Positions 40,353-50,859 of a stretch of DNA of 64,000 bases are shown here, one piece after another (the stretch's first letter is position 1; the number at the start of each line of letters is the position of its first letter). Under the pieces are notes generated by a model, which was not told the DNA's origin, ran no database searches, and saw only the letters and a list, made by a program, of their open reading frames with translations. Origin of the DNA: an uncultured bacterium (GTDB lineage Bacteria > JAHJDO01); NCBI GenBank assembly GCA_964437505.1, contig CAYTGU010000009.1, forward strand, positions 5,231 through 69,230. The letters are read 5' to 3'. The position numbers were made by a program, and so were the translations under genes.

Positions 40353-41448
40353 TAATTAACTTCTCCAGTCTATCGCTTCCTGAAATAACCTCTACTTCAA
40401 TTCTGAGAACCAGTAGGGACGTATTGCAATACCCCAACCTTAGTCTTTGCAACCTTACTGCGTCTTTTTGCGTTGTAACTATAAATTTCACATCAAGCTC
40501 CTGCCTTTTTGCCTCTATATTATTCATATCCTCTTTTGTATACCAATAATGATCAGGATATCTAATTCGTTCTACTATTTTAGCCCCAATATGTTCTAAC
40601 GTGTTCTCAAAGGATATTGGATCTCCAAGACTTGAAAGCGCTATTACTTCTTCCCCTTTTATAGACTTAATATCCAGATGCTCTTCCCCGACAATATTCT
40701 CTAAACATGCAGGCTTATGAATAGTCTCTATAATCTGTGCTGAATCATTAATTTCTATAAGTTTCTTCTTAATTCTCTCCTTCTCCTCTGCATTCTTAAT
40801 CATATCAATCTTTGTTAATATAAAGCAATCTGCTCTTTTTAAACACTTATACGGCTCACGCAAATTCCCTCTTGGGAAAACATATCCATTACCAAAAGGG
40901 CTGGAAGCATTTATAACCACTATATTTATATCTCTATGTAAGCGCCAATGCTGAAAGCCGTCATCTAAAACTACTGTATCTATATTAAGCTTCTCTTCTG
41001 CGATTTTACCTGTTTCATATCTATTCCCGCCGACAAAAACAACTATGCCTTTCAGATTCTTTGCTAAAAGATACGGCTCATCTCCTGCTTCCTTTACATC
41101 ACATAAAATCTCTTTGCCGTTGGAAACAAGTTTTATTTCACTCTCTCTGCTTCTTCCGTATCCCCTGCTCAATACTGCAACTCTCTTTCCTTTTTTAATA
41201 AGCATATTCACTACAAGCTCTACAACAGGAGTTTTACCAACTCCTCCCAATGTTATGCCTCCAATGCTTATAACCTTTGAAGAAAGTTTCCTTTTTTTAA
41301 GAAGATTCTTGAAATACATAAAAAGTAGTATATTCTGAGCGGTAGTTACTAAGAATGAAATAAATAGAAGGCATAGTTTTAATAATCTATGTCCTCTATT
41401 ATCAGTCACTATATTTCTATAAAAAAAATCGTGTAAATATCTATCCAT
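40342..41448 (-). CDS. lpxK: tetraacyldisaccharide 4'-kinase
   Basis: P-loop ISIGGITLGGVGKTP and the LpxK-like N-terminal membrane anchor. Confidence 0.8.
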   Translation of the reverse strand: MDRYLHDFFYRNIVTDNRGHRLLKLCLLFISFLVTTAQNILLFMYFKNLLKKRKLSSKVISIGGITLGGVGKTPVVELVVNMLIKKGKRVAVLSRGYGRSRESEIKLVSNGKEILCDVKEAGDEPYLLAKNLKGIVVFVGGNRYETGKIAEEKLNIDTVVLDDGFQHWRLHRDINIVVINASSPFGNGYVFPRGNLREPYKCLKRADCFILTKIDMIKNAEEKERIKKKLIEINDSAQIIETIHKPACLENIVGEEHLDIKSIKGEEVIALSSLGDPISFENTLEHIGAKIVERIRYPDHYWYTKEDMNNIEAKRQELDVKFIVTTQKDAVRLQRLRLGYCNTSLLVLRIEVEVISGSDRLEKLINAV

Positions 41449-41498
41449 GATTTTTACTGTAATCTACCGTTGTCGTCTGCTGTCTGTCGTCCATAGTA

Positions 41499-42482
41499 TT
41501 AAACTCTCAATTCTAGTGCTACAACTCTTACAACATTTTTTAATACAGTGTTTAATTCCCCATTAATCATACATGCAGCTGCATTGTGGTGTCCGCCTCC
41601 GCCGAATTTCGATGCAATTTTATTAACATTGACCTTCCCTTTTGAGCGAAAGCTTATCTTTACATTTCCCCTAGAATGTTCTTTGAAGAGAATTCCTACC
41701 TCAACTCCCTCTGCATTGCGCGCATACTCAACTATTCCCTCGCTATCCTCTTCTGTTGCACATGCCTTTGCGTACATATCGGATGTAATAAACATATAAC
41801 CTATCTTTCCTTTACCATCAAAACTCAATGTCTCCAATGCAAGCTGCAATAATTTAAGCTTACTTACAGGAATGTTCTGATATATCTGATTGCATATTTC
41901 GGTATGGTCAATGCCTGTTTCCAGAAGTTCAGAAACTACCAGATGCGTCTCAGCACTGGTATTAGAATACTGAAATGACCCTGTATCAGTTACAATAGCT
42001 GTATATAAGCAAATCGCCTCAGGTTTCCTTATCTTCAATTCCATGTATTTATAAAGATGGAAAATTTGTTGCCCAACTGAACTCATACGAGGATCTACCC
42101 AATTTATAATACCAAAACAATCATTACCCAGATGATGATCTATATTTATTACTGTTTTTATACTATTTATATGGTCTCTCATATTCCCCATCCTACCTTT
42201 ACTTCCAATATCCAACACGAATGCGATTTCACTATCCGGCAAGGTTACATTATGTTTAATTAATTCGCTGTTGGGAAGGAACTTATATCTTGCTGGCAAA
42301 GGAAATGAGTTAATTAACTCAACCTCTTTCCCCATTCTTTTTAAAAGAATATATAAAGCTATTTGAGAACCAATTGCGTCTCCATCAGGGTAGATATGAG
42401 TGGTAATAAGAAACCTTCTGTGGCAGACTATTTCTCGGATAATTCTGCTTATAATCTTTTCATTTTTGCTTAGCAATTTCAT
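41499..42482 (-). CDS. nrnA: bifunctional oligoribonuclease / pAp phosphatase NrnA (DHH family)
   Basis: ITTHIYPDGDAIGS, DHH, and a DHHA1 C-terminus with GGGH. Confidence 0.75.
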   Translation of the reverse strand: MKLLSKNEKIISRIIREIVCHRRFLITTHIYPDGDAIGSQIALYILLKRMGKEVELINSFPLPARYKFLPNSELIKHNVTLPDSEIAFVLDIGSKGRMGNMRDHINSIKTVINIDHHLGNDCFGIINWVDPRMSSVGQQIFHLYKYMELKIRKPEAICLYTAIVTDTGSFQYSNTSAETHLVVSELLETGIDHTEICNQIYQNIPVSKLKLLQLALETLSFDGKGKIGYMFITSDMYAKACATEEDSEGIVEYARNAEGVEVGILFKEHSRGNVKISFRSKGKVNVNKIASKFGGGGHHNAAACMINGELNTVLKNVVRVVALELRV

Positions 42483-42801
42483 CTATCTTCTTTAGAACAT
42501 GCATCACTTCTTCAAAAGCATTATCATATATAAAGTGAAACTCTGGAGTAATCCTTAGATTTACATTATGGGCAATGCGCATCCTGATAAATCCACTAGC
42601 TTTCCGAATATGTCTCATAGCCCTGTTTTTGTCCGCGTTCCCCAAAGGACTCACGTAAACTTTAGCATAGTGCAGGTCAGAACTTACTTCAACTCTATTT
42701 ATCGTAACAAATTTTACGCAGACATCATCCATTTCCGTAACTAATATTTGGCTAATTTCTCTTTTTAAAGATTGATTTATCCGATCTGTTCGCCTTGACA
42801 T
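42460..42801 (-). CDS. rbfA: ribosome-binding factor A
   Basis: RINQSLKREISQIL...VTINRVEVSSDLHYAKVYVS. Confidence 0.8.
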   Translation of the reverse strand: MSRRTDRINQSLKREISQILVTEMDDVCVKFVTINRVEVSSDLHYAKVYVSPLGNADKNRAMRHIRKASGFIRMRIAHNVNLRITPEFHFIYDNAFEEVMHVLKKIDEIAKQK

Positions 42802-42818
42802 AATAACCCAATATTATT

Positions 42819-44753
42819 TCAGCCTTTCCTTTCCATGACATGTGCTTCTATAATATCGCCCTCTTGAACATCTTTGCAGTTGTCTAGCCCAATACCACAT
42901 TCAAGCTCTGCTTTAACTTCTTTTGCATCATTCTTGAATCTACGCAAAGAAGATATTTTACCTTGATAAACAGGTTTGCCTTCTCTTGTTAAAGTAGCTA
43001 CGCAATCTCTCTTGATCTTCCCTTCTAAAACATACGATCCGCAAATCAATGTGGTTTTTGAGATATTAAAAATCTGACGCACTTCTGCTTTTCCTATTAA
43101 AACTTTTTTATATTCAGGCTCAATCAACGCCTCAACCAGTTTTTTAATATTATCAACAACTTCATATATAATACTATAATACCTTATGGATACATTATTC
43201 TTTTCTGCAATATCTAATGCTCCAGATTCTGCATGAACGCCAAAACCCAGTATTATTGCGCCAGAAGAAGATGCCAGTAAAACATCTGATTCATTAATAC
43301 TTCCTATACCACTATGAATAATATTTACCTTGATTTTTTCTAGGCTCAGGACCTCTAATGAATCACATAAGGGTTCGATAGACCCTCTAACATCCCCTTT
43401 AACAATAAGAGAAACTACTTTTATCCCGCCATCTTTGACATCTGCAGCCAAACCACTAAAATCAGCAGTGCTGTCTCTTTTACCATGCTTTTCAGCTTTT
43501 AAACTCATTTCTCTGGCAACTTTTTCAGACTCTACTGCTAAAAACCTTTCACCTATTTCCGGAGCTTCTGAAAAACCAAGTATTTCTACAGGAGTAGACG
43601 GACCTACTTCATATACTCTTTTGCCTTTATCATTTATTAGAGCTCGCACCTTACCACAACATATCCCGGAAATAAAAGCATCTCCCATTCGTAAAGTTCC
43701 CTCTTGTATAATAACTGTAGCTACATGTCCTTTGCCTTTATCTATTCTGGATTCTATGACTGTACCCTTTGCAGGAGAAGAGATGTCTACAGTCAGCTCC
43801 AGCATATCAGTCTCCAGAAGAAGCATTTCCAATAAATTATCCAATCCCTGCTTCTTAATAGCTGATACCTCAACGCATACAGTTTTCCCTCCCCATTCTT
43901 CAGGGGTCAAGTCTTGCTCTGATAATTGCTGTTTTACTCGCTCTACATCTGCATCCGACTTATCAATCTTATTAATTGCTACTACAATTGGCACATTAGC
44001 CGCCTTTGCATGATTAATGGCCTCTGTTGTTTGCGGCATAATACCATCGTCTGCTGCTACAACTAACACTATTATATCTGTAACATGTGCTCCTCTAGCT
44101 CTCATAGATGTAAATGCTTCGTGCCCAGGAGTGTCAATAAAAACGACATCTCTTTTATTAATATTTATCTTGTACGCTCCTATATGCTGTGTAATGCTTC
44201 CTTTTTCACTACCGGCAACATCTGCATTTCTAATAGCATCCAAGAGACATGTCTTACCGTGATCTACATGACCCATTACTGTTACAATAGGAGCTCTTGA
44301 GAGGGCTCCTTTGGTTTTTATCTTAGTGCTGACAATAACATCTTTTTCATCAGCAACCATAATCAGATTAGGATCGTAACCTAACTCTATGGCAACTTCA
44401 ACAGCAAATTCGGGCTTAAGCATCTGATTAACAGTAGCAAAAACGCCTTTTTCAATTAACTTCTTAATTATTGCAGAGACGCTTATATTAATCATTGTTG
44501 CGAGCTGTCCAACAGTGATATCTGAAGGTATTGAAAGGCCATCCAACGAGTCATCCAACGAAGATTTCTCTTTCTTTACAGTCTTCTGTTCTTTGAGCTT
44601 ACCTTCTTCTCTTAACATCTCAATAAAGAGGTTGCATGCGTCATCCTCTACATCACTCATATGGGTTTTTATATTAACCCCCAACTTTTTCAGTTCTTTT
44701 ATAACCTCTTTACTTGACAAACCCGCTTTTTTTGCTAACTCGTGTGCTTTCAT
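42819..44753 (-). CDS. infB: translation initiation factor IF-2 (short form)
   Basis: G-domain motifs [20 protein letters not shown] and the C-terminal beta-barrels; 644 aa. Confidence 0.9.
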   Translation of the reverse strand: MKAHELAKKAGLSSKEVIKELKKLGVNIKTHMSDVEDDACNLFIEMLREEGKLKEQKTVKKEKSSLDDSLDGLSIPSDITVGQLATMINISVSAIIKKLIEKGVFATVNQMLKPEFAVEVAIELGYDPNLIMVADEKDVIVSTKIKTKGALSRAPIVTVMGHVDHGKTCLLDAIRNADVAGSEKGSITQHIGAYKININKRDVVFIDTPGHEAFTSMRARGAHVTDIIVLVVAADDGIMPQTTEAINHAKAANVPIVVAINKIDKSDADVERVKQQLSEQDLTPEEWGGKTVCVEVSAIKKQGLDNLLEMLLLETDMLELTVDISSPAKGTVIESRIDKGKGHVATVIIQEGTLRMGDAFISGICCGKVRALINDKGKRVYEVGPSTPVEILGFSEAPEIGERFLAVESEKVAREMSLKAEKHGKRDSTADFSGLAADVKDGGIKVVSLIVKGDVRGSIEPLCDSLEVLSLEKIKVNIIHSGIGSINESDVLLASSSGAIILGFGVHAESGALDIAEKNNVSIRYYSIIYEVVDNIKKLVEALIEPEYKKVLIGKAEVRQIFNISKTTLICGSYVLEGKIKRDCVATLTREGKPVYQGKISSLRRFKNDAKEVKAELECGIGLDNCKDVQEGDIIEAHVMERKG

Positions 44754-44755
44754 TT

Positions 44756-45955
44756 TTATTTAAGCTTCTTTATCTTTGCAGCTGTTTTTATTCCAATACC
44801 GGGCAATTTAAGTAAATCCCTTACTGGTATTTTACTAAGCTTGCTCATTGTATCATATCCATGAGTTTCTAAAATACCTATTATCCCCTTACCAATGCCA
44901 GGCATGCTAATTTTTTCTTTTTCATCTTTCTTTTCATCAGCAATTATATCAATCCTGCAATCAACTAACCGTGACGTCAATTTTACATTCTGCCCTTTTT
45001 TGCCAATTGCAATAGCAAGTTGATCTGGTCTAACTAATATAGTTGCTGCTTTTTTTTCCTCATTCAATTCTACATTTTTTATTTCAGCTGGAGCCAATGC
45101 TTTTCTAATAAAAGCTCTAGGATCTTTATCCCATTCAATAATATCAATCCTCTCACCAGCAAGTTCCTCAATAACTGCTTTTATCCTCGTGCCTTTTATT
45201 CCAACACATGCCCCGACACAATCAACATTCTCTTTGTTGCTGTAAACAGCTATTTTTGTTCTATCCCCTGGTTCCCTGGCAATAGCTTTTATTTCAATTA
45301 TATTTTGTCCAATTTCGGGAACTTCCAACTCAAGCAATCGTTTTACAAACTCCGGATGTGTTCTAGAAACAATTATCTTAACTTTACTACCAGAATCTGT
45401 GACTTCTAAAATATAGGCGCGTATTCTATCACCCTGCCTGTATCTCTCATTCTGCAAACGCTCCCTATAAGGCATCCGAGCCTCAGCATCTCCGAGATCT
45501 ATTATCACATCTCCATACTCAAATCTATACACAATTCCATTAATTAAGGTGCCTTGTCTTTCTCTAAACTTTTCATACAGATTCTCCTTTTCTACATCTC
45601 TTATCTTTTGCATTATTACTTGTTTTGCAGTCTGAGCAGCTATTCTACCAAAATCATGAGGCGTTATTTCCTCGACATATATGCTGCCGACTTTCAAACT
45701 TTTATCTATCTTCTTTGCTTCTTCAATACCAATTTCTTTATGTGGATCTACTACATTACGCACAACTTTTTTTCTCAAAAAAACACAAATCTCTTTTCCA
45801 TCTCCAGCAATAGACACCTTAAGGTCTGTAGCGTCTCCTAATTTTTTTTGTGCAGCTGATAATAAAGCTGCCTCAACAGCCTGTACAAGAATTTCTTCCT
45901 TTATGTTTTTCTCTTTACAAAGCGCTGTTATAATCCCCAAAATTTCTTTATTCAT
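44756..45955 (-). CDS. nusA: transcription termination/antitermination factor NusA
   Basis: S1 and KH domains (GIKGTRIKAVIEELAGERIDII) and a C-terminal HhH. Confidence 0.9.
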   Translation of the reverse strand: MNKEILGIITALCKEKNIKEEILVQAVEAALLSAAQKKLGDATDLKVSIAGDGKEICVFLRKKVVRNVVDPHKEIGIEEAKKIDKSLKVGSIYVEEITPHDFGRIAAQTAKQVIMQKIRDVEKENLYEKFRERQGTLINGIVYRFEYGDVIIDLGDAEARMPYRERLQNERYRQGDRIRAYILEVTDSGSKVKIIVSRTHPEFVKRLLELEVPEIGQNIIEIKAIAREPGDRTKIAVYSNKENVDCVGACVGIKGTRIKAVIEELAGERIDIIEWDKDPRAFIRKALAPAEIKNVELNEEKKAATILVRPDQLAIAIGKKGQNVKLTSRLVDCRIDIIADEKKDEKEKISMPGIGKGIIGILETHGYDTMSKLSKIPVRDLLKLPGIGIKTAAKIKKLK

Positions 45956-46039
45956 GATAATCCCCTATTAATAACAAAGAGCGGGAAAATATTTTACCCA
46001 CTCTTTTCTATTTGCCGGGTTATTTCTAGGAACTTTATA

Positions 46040-47917
46040 TCATAATTTAGAAGACGTTGCAAGAAATTTTTTAATAGCTTTTCTTATTTTGTCTTCCTCT
46101 TCAATCTCCTTTCTTGAGAATATCTTATAAACTTTATAATACCTATTTCCATACTTCAATTCGAATTTTCTCAGCTCTTCAGGTTTGAATTCAAGTTTAA
46201 AAGCAGTTATTGCTTCATCAAATCTTAAATTGCCAGTTATATACCTCCATGAATACACCCCTCTAGTAATATAAGTCCCCATTGTATAAACAAGATAATT
46301 TGTGTCCCTATCCTGACAGAATCTCCACAACTCAGTTTCATCTCTTGAAAACATTGAGTACATATAATTCTTTATTTTATTTCTTATATCATCTGACTCT
46401 ACTTTTGCATGAATTAATACAGGTCTGTCTGCATACAACCTTATAAATCCTGCTACTGAAAAGTTTGTTGCAATAGGACTATTTTCAGGAGTGTTCTCTT
46501 TAAGCCATTCACATACATTCATTAAAGACGAAGGATGTTCAATAAATCCAAGTCTTTTGCAAATATGCGTTGTCTTCATATATTCAAAAGGCAGGAACAC
46601 AAGAAATAAAGCTGTAACCAGATTAACTATTTTTGATTTAAATTCAGGCATTTGAGTTTCGGATTTTTTGGGTATGTACTTGTATATAAGAGAAATGGAA
46701 CAACACAGGAAGAAAATTAGAAACACTCTCATCCTTGCAAAGAGAAGATAAAAGATTAGAAAGAGAACTGTCAAACATACAAAAAGAATATCCTCTTTTG
46801 TTGCCCTTCCCTTAGAACATCCTTTAAAAAATAAAATAAAAGCTGTAATTCCAATAAGAAGGGTTGAACTAAAAAATACCGCTGTTTCTATAAAAGGAGG
46901 ACTGATATCAGCAGGCAGCCACATAAAGTTTACATCAAAAGGCAAAAGAGCTGGATTAGCTGGTTTTATTCCTAAGAACCTGATTTTATAGAGAAATAGA
47001 GATGTTATATGAGAGTATGTACTAAATTGATTTTTTAGCACAAGAGAATTAATAACCTCTAAAGAAGCAAATACACCAAGAAGCAATAATAATATTTTCA
47101 ATTTATTTAATCTCTTCAATTTCATCACTACAGCAATTGTAGCTATAGAATATCCAAAAAGCATCCCATGGCTGTAGAGAAATCCTATCTCCCCAAGCCT
47201 AAGGTTGGTAAAACCTGCAAACATCATAAATAAAAGACTTATGAAAACAAATTCTAAATAATTCGAACTGCTTTTACTGTATATAATCAAAAACGCTACT
47301 GAACAAAATAAAATCCCCAAGTAGAACTGGGTAAGGTCCCAGGATATAACAGCAACATAAAGCAATAATCCAGCCAGAATTGATAAAAATGACCTTATTC
47401 TGAATCTGGACTGATTTGAAATAAAAAATAGTAAACTTAAATTAAGAAATATAAATGGTAAAGCAAAAGTCTGTTTGAGAAAAATTTCTCCTGTAGTTCC
47501 CAGCACAGAAGGAAGCATTACTCCATAATATGCTGAGGAGATTAAAGCTGCGACTCTATTTTTAGAGATACTATATGTCAATATAAAAACTGCAATTATA
47601 CTCAATGAAAAAAGCAAGGGAATAATATATCTTATAAAATCTGCAAGGCTAGTTTTGAGACCTGCCCCTGTATTTAGAAATCTATACAAATACCCATAGA
47701 AGTATTCCATAAAAACAAAAATTTTTTTACAGATATTGATACCTTCAGGATATTGTATTTTATTATCTATGACAGGTAAAGAAGCTCCATCAGCGATGAT
47801 TTTGGTATAGATAAAATGAGGAGCAGATTCATTAGAAAAAAGGAGAGAACCATAAGCCTCTGTTCTGTGGTCAAGTATCTGAAATCTTATAAATACAGAG
47901 ATTAAATATACTAGCAA
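46040..47917 (-). CDS. large polytopic membrane protein with C-terminal soluble domain; possible glycosyltransferase-like (GT39/ArnT/YfhO-type), function unknown
   Basis: More than 10 predicted TM helices followed by ~200-aa hydrophilic C-terminus; no confident family motif. Confidence 0.4.
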   Translation of the reverse strand: MLVYLISVFIRFQILDHRTEAYGSLLFSNESAPHFIYTKIIADGASLPVIDNKIQYPEGINICKKIFVFMEYFYGYLYRFLNTGAGLKTSLADFIRYIIPLLFSLSIIAVFILTYSISKNRVAALISSAYYGVMLPSVLGTTGEIFLKQTFALPFIFLNLSLLFFISNQSRFRIRSFLSILAGLLLYVAVISWDLTQFYLGILFCSVAFLIIYSKSSSNYLEFVFISLLFMMFAGFTNLRLGEIGFLYSHGMLFGYSIATIAVVMKLKRLNKLKILLLLLGVFASLEVINSLVLKNQFSTYSHITSLFLYKIRFLGIKPANPALLPFDVNFMWLPADISPPFIETAVFFSSTLLIGITAFILFFKGCSKGRATKEDILFVCLTVLFLIFYLLFARMRVFLIFFLCCSISLIYKYIPKKSETQMPEFKSKIVNLVTALFLVFLPFEYMKTTHICKRLGFIEHPSSLMNVCEWLKENTPENSPIATNFSVAGFIRLYADRPVLIHAKVESDDIRNKIKNYMYSMFSRDETELWRFCQDRDTNYLVYTMGTYITRGVYSWRYITGNLRFDEAITAFKLEFKPEELRKFELKYGNRYYKVYKIFSRKEIEEEDKIRKAIKKFLATSSKL

Positions 47918-47960
47918 CAGAGCAAGAATAATTGTTGATTTTAAATTCTTGATTTTAAAT

Positions 47961-49247
47961 TTAGACCTCTACTTGATTCATAGTTTCCATAAATTTTCTA
48001 TTTGTTTTGGTCTTTTTCAATTTCTCAATCAAGAATTCTATTCTTTCTGTTACACCCATTGAAATCAACACCTTGCGCAATAGCCAAATCTTGTGCAGGT
48101 CTTTTTGATCTATTAACAGATCCTCCTTCCTTGTTCCTGAACGTTCCATATCAATAGCAGGAAAAACCCTCTTATCCACAAGCCGACGGTCCAGATGAAT
48201 TTCCATATTCCCCGTTGCTTTAAATTCCTCAAAAATCACATCATCCATCCTGCTACCTGTATCAATCAGCGCTGTTGCTATTATTGAAAGACTTCCTCCT
48301 TCTTCTATTTTTCTGGCAGCTGCAAAAAACCGCTTTGGTTTATGAAGAGCATTAGCATCCACGCCTCCTGAGAGAATTTTGCCGCTGTGTGGAATCAGCA
48401 CATTATATGCCCTAGCAAGTCTTGTAATGCTGTCAAGTAATATAACTACATCTTTTTTGCACTCAACTAATCTTTTTGCTTTTTCAATCACCATTTCAGC
48501 CACTTGCACATGGCGCTCAGGAGGTTCATCAAAGGTTGAACTTATTACTTCTCCATTAACAGAACGCTGCATGTCTGTAACCTCTTCAGGCCGTTCATCT
48601 ATTAATAATACTATTAAAATCATTTCCGGATGATTTCTGGAGATGCTGTTCGCTATTTTCTTAAGAAGCACAGTCTTCCCTGCTCTTGGAGGAGACACTA
48701 TTAATCCTCTTTGTCCCCTTCCTATAGGAACTAACAGATCCATGACTCTCATAGATATTTCGTCCGGGTCTGTTTCAAGCACAATCCTTGGCTGCGGGAA
48801 AATCGGAGTAAGCCGGTCAAATTTAATCTTTTTTCTCGCAATCTCAGGGTCTTCAGAATTTACTTTTTCCACCTTAAGTAAAGCAAAATATCTCTCTCCC
48901 TCCTTTGGCGGTCTGATCTCTCCCATGACTATATCACCTGTGCGAAGGCTAAAACGGCGTATCTGTGAGGGAGATATATAAATATCATCAGGGCATGGGA
49001 GATAATTGTAGTCTGATGACCTCAGAAACCCAAACCCTTCATTTAATACCTCAAGAACCCCCTCTCCATAAGCATGTCCATCTCCTTTCGTATGTTCTCT
49101 AATAACTTTTAGAACTAATTCCTGTTTAGGCAGATTAGTATAATCTTTAAGCTTAAGTTCTCCGGCTATTCCCTGAATTTCCTCAATACCCATCCTTTTA
49201 AGTTCTATAACATTCAAACGTTTATTCATGTACATAACTCCTTCCAT
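47961..49247 (-). CDS. rho: transcription termination factor Rho
   Basis: Walker [13 protein letters not shown] and the Q-loop and R-loop regions; the start is probably the internal ATG at 49229 just after the coaE stop. Confidence 0.9.
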   Translation of the reverse strand: MEGVMYMNKRLNVIELKRMGIEEIQGIAGELKLKDYTNLPKQELVLKVIREHTKGDGHAYGEGVLEVLNEGFGFLRSSDYNYLPCPDDIYISPSQIRRFSLRTGDIVMGEIRPPKEGERYFALLKVEKVNSEDPEIARKKIKFDRLTPIFPQPRIVLETDPDEISMRVMDLLVPIGRGQRGLIVSPPRAGKTVLLKKIANSISRNHPEMILIVLLIDERPEEVTDMQRSVNGEVISSTFDEPPERHVQVAEMVIEKAKRLVECKKDVVILLDSITRLARAYNVLIPHSGKILSGGVDANALHKPKRFFAAARKIEEGGSLSIIATALIDTGSRMDDVIFEEFKATGNMEIHLDRRLVDKRVFPAIDMERSGTRKEDLLIDQKDLHKIWLLRKVLISMGVTERIEFLIEKLKKTKTNRKFMETMNQVEV

Positions 49248-49816
49248 ATTTTTTTGACTTGTTTTTCTGTTTCTTCCAATCCATTATTGTTATCAATTAT
49301 AAAATCGGCAAATTTCTCCTTTTCTTTTATTGGCAATTGCGCATTTATTCTTCGGCAAGCTTCTTCTCTGGTTAAAGATGATCTTGCTCTTAATCTTGCT
49401 ATCTGATTCTCCATACTTACAGAAACTACTATTAACTTATCAACAAGCGAGGTAGCTTCTGCTTCTACAATAAGAGGCGCATTAATAATAATTACAGAAG
49501 CAATCTGCGAAGCCATTTGTTCTTTTAGAATCCTGATAATTTCCGGGTGCATTATGCGATTAAGACTCTCAAGCTTCTTTCTATCCTTAAAAACAATATC
49601 TGCTAACCTCTTTTTATCAATCCATCCAGAGTTATTAAGAATATCCTTTCCAAAGTATCCAACTATCTTTGCCGGAATATTATCTCCACTAATCTCAGCA
49701 TTTATTAAGTTATTCCCAATTTTGTCTGCATCTATTATCTCTGCGCCAAGATCATTAAATATTACAGCTACTGTATCTTTCCCTGAAGCAATACCGCCGG
49801 TTAAGCCAACTATCAT
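49226..49816 (-). CDS. coaE: dephospho-CoA kinase
   Basis: [17 protein letters not shown]-loop. Confidence 0.85.
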   Translation of the reverse strand: MIVGLTGGIASGKDTVAVIFNDLGAEIIDADKIGNNLINAEISGDNIPAKIVGYFGKDILNNSGWIDKKRLADIVFKDRKKLESLNRIMHPEIIRILKEQMASQIASVIIINAPLIVEAEATSLVDKLIVVSVSMENQIARLRARSSLTREEACRRINAQLPIKEKEKFADFIIDNNNGLEETEKQVKKIWKELCT

Positions 49817-49837
49817 TTGTGCCTCTGTGCCTTGTCC

Positions 49838-50689
49838 TTACGTCAAAATCAGTTTATTAAACCCCAACTCTGCAAAAAGCCTGTTGACTTTGCTCCTATC
49901 AAAATCCCCTGTCGCGCAATCTTCCCAGCATATTTTGACAGGAACATCTGCCTTCAGACAAACCAATCTCCTGCTTAATTCTGCTTGCTGAGAGAACTGG
50001 CTCAAATTTTTCCTAATCTTTTCGTTCGGTATTTTATCTATATTTTTCAAAACCCCTTCTAAGTCACCGAACTGCTTAACTAGTTTTGACGCTGTTTTTT
50101 CTCCAATCCCCGGAACTCCGGGAACATTATCTGATCTGTCCCCTCCAAGAGCTGCAATATCAACAAGTTTTTCAGGCTCAACACCATACTTCTTGCAAAC
50201 CATCTTTTTATCAAAAACAGTATCTCCTTTAATAGGACGTATAATCCGAATATTGTCAGTTACAATCTGTAGAAGATCCTTATCCGGACTCATAACAAAT
50301 ACATCAAATCCATTCTTTTCTCCCTCTTTGGCAATGGTAGCAAGAATATCATCCGCCTCATATCCTCCCAGCTCAAAGATAGAGATGCTAAAAGCGCGTA
50401 TAACCTCTTTAAGTATTGGAAACTGGACAATCAGATCATCCGGCATTTTAGGACGATTCGCCTTATAAGAAGCAAATTCCTTGTGCCTGAAAGTAGGCTC
50501 CGGCAAATCAAAAGCTACTCCAATATAATCCGGTTTCTTCATGCGCAATATTTTTGTAAGACTTACAGTGAATCCATACACAGCGTTTGTCGGCAGTCCT
50601 TCCTTCGTCTTCAGTTCCCTTATAGCGTAAAAAGACCTGTAAGCATATGAATTGCCATCTATAAGATATAAGGTTTTCTTTCTTGTCAT
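49838..50689 (-). CDS. stand-alone 5'-3' exonuclease (Pol I N-terminal FEN-like domain only)
   Basis: LYLIDGNSYAYRSFYA and acidic catalytic residues; 283 aa with no polymerase domain, and coaE follows directly. Confidence 0.8.
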   Translation of the reverse strand: MTRKKTLYLIDGNSYAYRSFYAIRELKTKEGLPTNAVYGFTVSLTKILRMKKPDYIGVAFDLPEPTFRHKEFASYKANRPKMPDDLIVQFPILKEVIRAFSISIFELGGYEADDILATIAKEGEKNGFDVFVMSPDKDLLQIVTDNIRIIRPIKGDTVFDKKMVCKKYGVEPEKLVDIAALGGDRSDNVPGVPGIGEKTASKLVKQFGDLEGVLKNIDKIPNEKIRKNLSQFSQQAELSRRLVCLKADVPVKICWEDCATGDFDRSKVNRLFAELGFNKLILT

Positions 50690-50744
50690 TATAATACTGG
50701 ATACCGAAACTCTGTATGATTGGGAATCAGAAATCCTAAATTTA

Positions 50745-50800
50745 AAACAATGTCAAATGCTAAAGCTCAAATGTCAAATCAATGTCAAAACTCAAATGAC
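50745..50800. repeat. cluster of short direct repeats (TCAAATG / ATGTCAAA, 3-4 copies) in the intergenic region upstream of the exo-coaE-rho unit
   Basis: CAATGTCAAATGC...CAAATGTCAAATCAATGTCAAAACTCAAATGAC; on the minus strand each copy reads TTTGACATT, a -35-like TTGACA. Confidence 0.4.
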
Positions 50801-50859
50801 TTCAAGAAAAAACCTCGAAATTGGACATTTGGATTTTGTTATTTGGAATTTAGTTTTTG

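Noticed and set aside
45955-46040. Imperfect hairpin AAAGAGCGGG...CCCACTCTTT between the membrane-protein gene and nusA as a terminator or attenuator
   Set aside because: One mismatch and no convincing U-tract on the transcribed strand; could be a weak terminator but the evidence is insufficient.
46040-47917. Assigning the 625-aa membrane protein to a specific glycosyltransferase family (ArnT/PMT/STT3/YfhO)
   Set aside because: No diagnostic motif could be recognised by eye; kept as an unknown polytopic membrane protein.
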